From NCBI GenBank assembly GCA_050084985.1, contig JBITNC010000001.1, positions 34,720,001 to 34,784,000 of the forward strand: 64,000 nt of DNA. The letters run 5' to 3'. Both the position numbers and the translations under genes were made by a program. The notes beneath the pieces were generated by a model, which was given only the letters and a program-made list of their open reading frames with translations, made no database searches and had not been told where the DNA came from. The first letter of the stretch is position 1. Each line of letters starts with the position of its first letter. Below, one piece after another: positions 54,330-64,000 of the stretch. The stretch comes from Nageia nagi (lineage: Eukaryota > Plantae > Pinophyta).

Positions 54330-57319
54330 GATGAAATATCCTATCTTAGTGAAGAAATAATAGAATTAAACATTAGTACCCAAGAGGACCCAATGTTGTT
54401 CAAAATAGGAGCTTGGTTACCTCAAAAGAAAGGGAAATGTACCCAATAGGATTCAAAGTTGATTCTCAATTAATTATGAAGCAAGTTTCCAATATATACA
54501 ATACAAAAGATGTTAAGTTGCAACCATAGAAAGAAATGGTGACAAGTCTTCTCATATACTTTGATGAGTATGAAATTGATAATATTTGAAGAGACAACAA
54601 CTAGTACATTAATGCTATGCTTAGTGCCACTTCCCTTGCTCCTATTAACATAAAAGATGAGAAGACTATTCTTATAATAGAACATATAGGTAAGCCATCT
54701 CATGAGCATGTTGTTGAAGATTTTGTTGAAGATCAATGTCTTGTTGCTACTAGTATCAATCTATATGAATGGTGTCAAGATATTTTTAATTATATTAAAT
54801 ATGGAGTAGCTCCTATTGCCTTTGATCATAATGCTAGAATTATATCCAAAAAGCTAGCTACAAAATATGTCATCATTGGTATTTTATTATATAGAAGATC
54901 TTTTGATGGTGCTCTTCTTAGATGTTTAATGAGGTATGAAGTAGAAATGACCCTTAATCAATATCTTGATGGTGAATGTGGTGGACTCTTTAATGCTAAA
55001 TTTGTTTATCAAAGGGTTCTTAGACTAGGTTATTTCTGGCTTACTATGCTTGAATATTATGAATTGCATGTTAAAAAATGTCAATAACATCAAAAGAATG
55101 CTAAGCTTCAATATTTTCCTTCTCATGGATTGCACTTTATTATTTATCCTTGGCCTTTTTCTATTTGGGCACTTAATCTTATTGGTAAAATTAACCCTAT
55201 TTCAAGATATGGCCATAAGTTTATCATTACAACTACATAATACCACACAAAATGGGTTGAAGCTATCCCCATGAAGTCAATAAAAGGAGGCAAGATTGTT
55301 GAATTTCTTATTGAATTTATCATATATAGATATGATGTGCCTTCTAAATTATTCATGGATAATGGTATAAGCTTTTGAGGTAATGAAGTTAAATAATTTT
55401 ATGATAAATATCATATTGAGCAAAAATCCTCTAAATCTTACTACCCCAAAGGTAATGATCGAGCCGAAGCTTCTAACAAAGTTAGAAAGAGTATCTTATC
55501 TAAAACTATTTAAAAGTATGGTAAATTTTGGTATGAACAACTACCTTATGCTTTTTGGGCTTATACAATAGGTAGAAGGAATTTTGTAGGGGCAACCTCT
55601 TTTTCCTTAATGTATGGTGATGAAGCCATAGTTGCATTATAATTAGAGATAGAAGAAAAGCTAGATTAGCCCAACTAGAGGTTCTAGACAAAAAAGGGTT
55701 ACTGCTCTAGAATACCTCCATGTCTATCATTCTAGAATACAAAAAGCCTCTAGCAAAAAGATCAATCCTAAAGAGTTTAAAGATGGTGACCTAGTATTAA
55801 AGGAAAATCTTGCTAGCACAAAAGCATTAGAAAATGAAAACAAAGATAAGTTTGAACCTAACTGAATAGGTTCTTACATTGTCATTGCAAATTATGGAAA
55901 AAGTGCATCATATAAATTATCCATAATTTAATGTGAAGAATAACATAATCCAATTAATGTTATGCATTTGATAAAGTTTTATGTAGGAACATTTTTGTAA
56001 AAATATGCATTTTACCATTTCTAGATACTAACATTTCAAGAAAAAGAAGCAATAATCCAATGATGTTGTTGTGTTCCTAGCAATGTTTCTACATTAAGAA
56101 AATAAAAAATGTTTGAAATTTAATTTTTCCTTCTTGTTCGTGATGAATGATGAAAAAGGTAATTAGTTTCCTTACTTTCCCTTCCTTTTTTGTAAAAAGT
56201 TGCTTATCATAAATGATGCTTGTCAAATTATATCATAAAATGGTTTTCATATCATATTATTACTCTTATTAATTGATTCCTTTGTAAGAAAGGATTACTC
56301 TTATCAAAATAATCTATGCAAATATGGTAGCTTGGAAAACCAAGTTGATCATTCTTATCAATTGATGCTTTTGTAAGGAAGGGTCAATCTTATCATTTGG
56401 CACCTTTATAAGGAAGGGCCATCCATATCAAAAATCCATGGCAGCATGGTGGCTTGGTAATCCTAGCTATTCAATTTAATTGGTAATTTATCTTCATAAC
56501 TCTTGGTGGGTATGTCACCAAGGATAGGTTTGATATCTTATCATATATTTTGATATGATGCTTAATGTCTATATTTGAGATATCTTGCATAAATAATATT
56601 TCTTATATAATTTTTTTCCAAGTTTCTTTATCTTTTCCTTGGATTGCTACTATGATGAGAGGTCCATCATGCTGCAACCAATCCAAAGAGGGGTATAACA
56701 TTGGTAAAAATTGGGGCATCCAAAGCTTCTATAATGAAACAATTTTTTAGGGAGTACTTTCTTACTTATCTTGTTATACTTTGAATTTATGCTTTGATTA
56801 TCTTTTATCTTAAAAGCATAAAATTATATTCAAAGTGAGGCATCTATTAAAACCAATTTTTTTTTTAATTTAATTAAAATACCTATTTTAGGTATTTGAA
56901 ATAATTTATGTATTTAATTAAATAATAGGTCAACTTGACATCACAATAAGCCTAAAAAGGAGCTTTATCACTAGACCTATTACCTATAAAGGTGGAGGGG
57001 TTGTGTATAAAAAATTATAACAAATTCACACAATATGAAACAAATATAAAATGGTTTCTCCAAGCATGGGAGTACATACGATAATCTAAGATCTTATTCT
57101 CAAAGAGAACTCTCTTATAACTCACTTCCTCACTTCTACTACAACCTAGACAAGAGCATAACTTTGCTAAAAAATTGAGTGAGTGATCTCAAGGAGAGGG
57201 CATTTTATTTATAGGCCAAAATCCTCCATTAGATCATCCTTTTAACCATTGTACAATGTCATGACATGCATCAACCTTTTACCCAAGGGGCATGCTTATG
57301 ATATGGAGTGTAGTACAAG

Positions 57320-57452
57320 TTACATTATCATATTCATAAATACTTAAAAGGTATCTAAAGATACTTTTAAGTATTAGTGAATTTTACATTATCATATTCA
57401 CTAAATACTTGAGGTATTTAGGGATACCCTTAAGTATTAAGTGAATTACATT
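57320..57452. repeat. Tandem duplication (64-bp period) of a hairpin unit inside solo LTR G
   Basis: Each unit contains attca(c)taaatactt...gtat / atac...aagtatt(a)agtgaat inverted arms. Confidence 0.8.
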
Positions 57453-59399
57453 TAAGTGACCTTAATTAATGCATTATACATTCCAACAAAGATAAGGTTA
57501 AATAATTGAGGATTTAATCAAGCATTGGAATAAGATTGCAAATAGAGTTACTATTAATGAGAAGTATGAACTTGAGGCATTCATTCAATCACTACAACAT
57601 AAATACAAGGCACTATAATTTGATTATCATAAGAAACCATTACATACCTTCCTTAATTTTGTTATTGAAAAAGAGAGATTCTTGGTAAGTTGTGGAGAGT
57701 TATTGATAAAAGAAATAAAGCTCCACTTATGGAAAATAACAAGAATATCAACTTAAAAATCCCATTTGTAGAGAAAGAAAAAGAGGCCACCCAAGAACCC
57801 AAGAAAGAAGAAAGGAACTTCACACCCATTTATGATGATATTAACAAAATGTTAGAACTCTTAGTCAATATGAAACTTATGAAATTACCTCCTCTAGCCA
57901 TAAAATATCAAAATTTTGATCCTAATATCAGATATGAGCATTTTTGTAAGTATCACATACTAAGAAGACACCTTATAAAAGATTGTTATATATTGAAAAG
58001 AAAAATCCAAGATTTGGTGGATATTGGTAAGATCTCATTCCCTCCTCCACAAAATAATAATGTGAAGATGGATGGACATCAACATGAGCAAAATAAAAAT
58101 TTGGGGATTTATAAAAACCCCTTCCCTCGATTCATCAAAGCCAAGTATTGGGATACATTAGTAAACTTAATTAAAGGATTCAACAAAGCATACAAAAAAA
58201 GTATTCTTGCTTGCAAGCATTTTGCCTACCACTTTCCTTTGTTGTACCTTTTATTTCATTATTATTCTAATTTATGCATTCATAAAATAGTAAATTTATT
58301 CTTGCATTAACATCCTAGCACCAACATTACTTATAGTGCTAGTGGAAGTCATATAGGGACCTTGCACTTTCAAAAAGCTAGGCATAATCTTACATTCAAA
58401 AATAGTATCAAAAAAGTGATTTTTGTATTATAGAGATAATTTTTCTTTTTCTCACAAAAATGAATTATATTAGGATAACCATGAAAAATATGTCTTAGAA
58501 ATTTTTTCATGTAGTAACATTTTGTTTGTAAGCATCTAACATTATACAAATCATATAGCTAGGAGAATTTGTACATTATCTCTCCAATGCTAGTGTTGGG
58601 GTGCATGACTTAGATTTTTATATATATATTGAATTCTCATCATATTTATATTTGAAAATGTCATTAAAATATACAAAAAAGATCAAGAATATAAAAAATC
58701 CATACATGAACATAATACAAATTTTAAAATCATAAGAAGCATATCTATATTCATATGTCAAAAATGTATTCCAAGGAGTACAATAGGTGTGTTTAGGATC
58801 TTTTACCATGCTCACTTTAATAATGAAGATCCCTTTTCTTGCTCCAACTAGTCCTACATAGAGATAGACATAGAAATACTTGAACATCTCGCATCCATTT
58901 CATATTCCAACACACTCATTTGATTTTTTAGGTACACATTACATACACTAAGTTATTTATTTTATTTTTCATTCTTATGAATATCTTATAGTACACAACA
59001 TATAACTTATCTTATTTTTATCTAGATCGACTATCATATATTGGAATACTTTACTTTGGACCTCAAGTTGTTATTGTATGCTGGCTATCTCCTCATCTTT
59101 AGCCTAAATTATTTCATATTAGACCAGTAGTGTCATGTGAAGCTCAACCAATTATGTATCTTGGGTAACATTTTTTTCTTGCAACACATTGAATTATTCC
59201 TTTACATTAGTTTCATACATAAAGCAAAAAATCACATGTTAGTAAATATAATAAATGCATGAATATGTGTGTATATATGTCTTTGTTTTGAGGTTAATAT
59301 TTTTGAGGAAAATAAATAAGAGGTTTATCAAGCTCAACACTCTAATCAATAGGATCAATATGGTGAATACTTGTTAGTATCTATGCACTCTCTACCTCA

Positions 59400-60470
59400 T
59401 TCATATATGGTTGTACCAGTGTAATATTAGGGGCATCCTCCTCCTTGTACTCCCCATCTCCATATAGATCCATAGGTTCCTATTCCTTATCCTTACCATC
59501 CTCACCTTCAACTATTGCCTCTAGCTCCTCATAAATATATATTCTAAGAGGTAGTGGTTTGTATGTATCCCACTATACCCTATAGAAATTGATGTATTCT
59601 TTTATACTCTCCTTTTCCTCATCATCATCTAGCCTATCATCTTGCATAGGAGACTAATTGCTTTTCCACCTAGGTACTACCTCAATATCACAAAGATTGA
59701 TTTTATGTCTCACAACTATTCAAATGAATGATTGATAAGTAGGAGGTACCTTTTTTCACTGACCAAAATATAGGTGTACTCTCTTAGAAATGTAGGGATC
59801 CACAAAAGATGTCCTTGTCTATAGGTAACAAGATTTCATTTTCCAACTTAACTCATATGCACTCTCTTTCCACCTTACATGATCATAGGGGTCATATATA
59901 ACATTATCTTATATCAAGTTATCTATCATATTATACCATTTGTTTAAAGTGCCATGTAGCATACCTACTCATATTACAATAGCTAACCTACTCTAGTTTG
60001 GTATAGTTTTATCTTCCACTTGAATAGGAAACTCAATAGGTATAAACACAAATATATATTGAAGAGCCCAACACTGAAGCATATAAGTGTGATCCATCCT
60101 TCATCCATTCTTAAAATCTAATATAAAATTATGAAAATCATGATAAATATGAGCTACTATACATGGGGCTTATGTATACCTTTATACTTGTACCATATTC
60201 CTCATAATAGGAACCATACCAAGAGAAAAAAACTTCATGATTCTTGTTGGGATAGATTATACTACCAATGCATGTGGCCACTATGATTCTAGGGTACCTT
60301 TTCATTGGAGGAATTCTATGAACTACCTTATGAATGTATGATCCCTACTTACTCAAATGGTACTCCTCTATGTTAGCCATTTTTCTTTCTTAACCATGGC
60401 TATATGAGTCAAATCATTCCTCATTTCCACCATGTTTCCCTTCATAATGCTCTTAAACTATGATGAACAT
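59400..60470 (-). pseudogene. Plant mobile domain (PMD, MAIN/MAIL-like) remnant, likely a retrotransposon accessory ORF
   Basis: CIVAHIYHDFH, MLQCWALQYIFVFIP, WYNMIDNLI.DNVIYDPY and KRVHLYFGQ.KKVPP correspond to the PMD motifs LAxLYxxL, LQxWxxEH, VxWxPY and RVxRQFG. Truncated by element E. Confidence 0.72.
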
Positions 60471-60471
60471 A

Positions 60472-63400
60472 TGTTAACACATAAAAATGAGTTTTAATTT
60501 AATTAAAATACCCTTTTAGGTATTCAAAATGATTTACTTATTTAATTAAATAAATGATCTTATCAATGTGCACCTCATATACCTTCATTTTTTATGATAA
60601 TAGGTCAGTCCAGCATCATAATAAGTCTAAGGAGGAGTCTTAGCACTAGACCTATTACCTATAAAGATGGAGGGGTTGTGTATAAGCAAATATGATATGG
60701 TAATAAATCCTTAATAGGTGGAAATATACTTGTGTCATTTTTTATCAATATTTCTTAACACCACCTATCATATCTAGATTTTGTTATACTTTGAACTCTA
60801 CATTCTTGCGATCTTTTAGATTCATTTATGCATGATATTCCAAGCATCAAAGGTGTGATTATGGTTTTGAGAGAAAGGGAAAGGCAATCTGGAAAGGTAA
60901 CCAAGTGGTGCCATTGGGATATTATTGCTAGTACTAGGTTAAGGTTGGATTTATGGCTTCATTATTTGGGTAAGCTTTTAATTCTTCCTCTTTCTATCAA
61001 ATATCACCTTCATTTGTCTTGATAGGTAAATTACAAGTTTGTATCTTTCCTAAATCTAGTTTGATGGGTCAAGGTTAATTACATCATTGTCATATTTCAT
61101 GTCATCATTGATTATTATTTTGTGATTACTTAGTTAAATTGAATATATTGTAAATAATCTTAATTATTATTATTTTAGTTATAACAATTGGTGAACTTGA
61201 TTTGTTTTTTACACATTGCTTTATCCTTCACTAGTTATGTCAAAAATATTAGGGTTTTTGGATAGGACTAATCTTGCATTTCAAGTATTTTATAAATGGA
61301 ACCAACTGAGCTTCTCTCCATTATCAATAGCTTTGATGAGGAAACCAAAGCTAACTAAAAAAGCTACTTTCCAAAAATGAGGATAAAAGTGAAGGCTCCA
61401 ACATGGGGGGCTATAGTTGATCTATTGCTACTACTCCTCCTATTTCTAGGGATTTAAATCTACTATGTGATAAAATTCATAACACTAAGGCATCAGATCT
61501 ATAATTTGAGCCTATCTTTAATTCATATAATGGTGAGGGAGATCCTATGGCTCATATCAAGGCTTTCAAATGAAATTCAAATTAAAATTTATAATGAATG
61601 ATAATTTGATGGAAAAATATTTCCCTACAATATTCATAAGTGATACATGCAATTGGTACTTATCTTTACCTACTAGGTCCAATTTTACTTTCTATACACA
61701 ACTTGTCTTGGAATCTTATATCTATTTCAAATATTATGCTCCTAGATAAATAACAATTTTAGATATAGTTAGTGTTATCCAAGATCCAAATGAAAGATTT
61801 GATAAGTTTGCGTAAAGATTTCAAAATATATGGAGCATGATTCTTGATCCATTATGCAAGTCTCATATCATAGCCATTTTTGTTCACAACATCCATACAA
61901 AATTAAAATTCATATCTTTGGATTGTATGACACTACCATCTATGGAAATTGTGCATATGTTTACCCAAAAGGATAAGCACTTAGTTTATATATGTGATAT
62001 AAAATATGGGAATCCTCCTAAGGAGAGAAACGGAGGAAGATATTAGAAAAAGGAAGATAAAGAGATTCATGGCATAGAAGAACCCAAATCCAAATAATAA
62101 CACAAGAGTCAAGCAAAGCAAAATTTTAGGAAGAACACTAGGTTACCTTTAGCTCACACTATAATGTTAAAGGATTTCTTATAGAAGAGGTTACTCAAAC
62201 TTGATCTAAAATAAGAACTAAGTCCACATGATGATAAACTTAGTTGGTACAATGAAGCTGAATTTTGTAAATATCACAAGGTTAAAGGTCATAAAATGAA
62301 TTCTTGCATGATCATAAGGAAATAATTGTAGTAATTATCAAATGATGTAAAACTATAATATGAGGCCCATACAATTGACTCAAAGGAAGCCAAACCACTT
62401 ATGGTGAATGTCATATTAAATTAGGAACTATGTGACATGGCTAGAAGTGTAGGAAATAATACTTTAGGTGTTAGGAAAATATTTCATATTTTTCATTGGC
62501 AAGTGGAATAAATTCCACATTTTATAAATGTGTGGAGAGTAGTTTTACTATTTTTTAGAAGTTACATTCCAAAGGTTTCTATTCAATTTTTTAATTCAAG
62601 TTTAAATTAGTGTTCATATTGTAGTAGAAGATAGAATAGAGATGTAGTTGGAGAATGTATGAGGGTTAGGAGTCCATAAAGGTCTATTCCACTTGAAGTA
62701 GAAGAGAATTTTTGCAATAATGTTGTAATATATTCTCCATTTTGAAATAGGAATAAATAATTTCAATTTGATATCCATTCTATTATTGTTATTTCAAATT
62801 TGTGCATGACTAAATACAATAAATGAATGTTTATACATGTCTCCATTACTAAAATGTTGATTTATGGTGAATGCATTTGATTGTATTATGATTGTATGAT
62901 AATCTATGAGATTGATCATTATTTAATTATTGGTTAAAAAATTTAAGAAGAGGAATACCTTGAGGAAATGTCAATCCAACCACGACAACAACTAAAGGTA
63001 ACTCATTCTAAGATAAGTATTTTGAACTTTTACAATTATCAATTGATCATAGAGATGCTTTGTTTGATGCACTTAAGAAAATTGAAGTTGATGCTAATAT
63101 TCCTATTGCTAAATTTGGAGAATTAGTTACTAATGTTGATATATATCTAGTTTGTTACATGATTTGCTTTCAAGATAATGAATTTCCTAATGAAGATGTT
63201 ATATAAAAAAATCTAGGACTTTTTATTTGTGTTAATGTTGATGGAGTTCCTATTAAAAAAAATTGATTAATATTGGTTCCAATGTAAATGTTTTTTTAGT
63301 TTACTTATTGCAAAAATATTTTCCTTTGATTTATGAAAAAATTAAGAGAACTAAAATTAGCATAAAAGGGTTTGATAATACTAAAAAGGAATGCATTGGA

Positions 63401-64000
63401 TATGTGACTATACTTATTGAAGTAGGAGGTAAAACTATTCATAAAATTTTTTATATTTTTCAAGTGAAATTATCATATAACTTATTTTTTGGAAGACCAT
63501 GGATCTATAAGATTAGGGTTTTTAATTCCACATTGCATCAATCAATTACATTTATGAACAAAGGGAATAAGGTCACTATTCATGTAGAAGAGAACCCTAG
63601 AGATGTATGTTAAGTAGTTGAGAGGTTTTGGATACCTCATGATTTGGTTGAAAGTGAGGAAGACAAATCAACACCTATCAATTATGTTAGTCTATAAGAG
63701 GTAAGTATAGCTACATATAGAATCCTAGAGATTAATATTTGGTAGAAATTCAGAGAGACTGGATGACCCTTATCTTTTTTCTAGAACCTAGCATTACCAC
63801 TTGGATGAGGATGAAACCAAGTACCATCGATCTATTCCTAAAAAGGACAAAGATTCTATTGAAGATGTGAATATGTTGTATTAGGAACATGAAGAAAAGA
63901 AGTAGATAAAAAAAAGAAGATATTTCTTCTATCTTGTTAATTTTATCAAGTTAGGTAAGTATGCATTTCAATAGTATTGATTATGCTTTCACTAATCAAT
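60472..64000 (+). mobile_element. Element E: same Tat family as D; 5' LTR (60472-61186), PBS, gag and PR; continues past the window end
   Basis: LTR TGTTAACAC...ATAACA. PBS TGGTGAACTTGAT at 61189. gag colinear with D. PR INIGSNVNV...LFFGRPWIY. Confidence 0.9.
62448..62945. mobile_element. Solo LTR (498 bp) inserted in the gag of element E
   Basis: Starts TGTAGG; perfect 5-bp TSD AGAAG at 62443-62447 and 62946-62950; absent from the homologous position in D. Confidence 0.85.

Larger units (their letters stand above)
49390..57022 (+). mobile_element. Element D: Tat/Ogre-like element with short LTRs and deleted RT/RH
   Basis: LTRs 49390-49573 and 56845-57022. PBS ~49576-49588. PPT aaagtgaggcatc at 56832-56844. 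gag, PR (LIDTSS, LFLGRPWIH), G-patch (KGLGKNEKGIIEPI) and INT (LYRRSFDGALLRCL, YYPKGN, KFEPN.IGSY). Only the RT N-terminal start remains. Confidence 0.88.
49285..57488 (-). mobile_element. Solo LTR G (~0.57 kb net) interrupted by element D
   Basis: Termini TGAAGGGAAT...ATTCCAACA (imperfect inverted repeat); flanks AAGAG/AAGAT. Minus-strand TATA cctataaata near 57205-57216. Confidence 0.6.
48900..58130 (+). mobile_element. Element F: Tat-type gag remnant split by nested insertions (coding ~48900-49284 and 57489-58130)
   Basis: Left part KFTKHEGHEDP.LHIE...AKLFPLTL...WF. Right part IEDLIKHWNKIA...FTPIYDD...FCKYHILRRHLIKDCYILKRKIQDLVD. Confidence 0.7.

Overview
Plant nuclear DNA, probably a gymnosperm (inferred from the PPR motif style and the old, heavily decayed Tat-type retrotransposons). 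The only intact gene is the 5' part of an AUX1/LAX auxin influx carrier on the minus strand: coding exons 2014-1838 and 1082-897, continuing past position 1. About 2.4 kb of CpG-retaining upstream sequence carries four TGTCTC auxin-response elements. The remaining ~59 kb is an AT-rich field of decayed, nested transposons with strong C>T/G>A decay. It contains: a minus-strand Tat/Ogre-like Ty3/Gypsy element (A, ~5.97-14.24 kb); a Ty1/Copia element (B, ~16.10-35.72 kb) interrupted by a 14.3-kb Tat element (C, 16655-30934) with 1.9-kb LTRs, an aRH domain upstream of RT and a long extra 3' ORF; two related Tat elements with a probable tRNA-Trp primer site (D, E); several solo LTRs; LINE fragments; and a PMD-domain remnant. 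A PPR pseudogene at ~39.9-40.9 kb has S-motif repeats that have become a minisatellite. I found no convincing evidence of a wholly new biological system. The best leads are atypical retroelement cis-elements and accessory ORFs, and the PPR-derived repeat array. All calls are by eye, without alignment tools.
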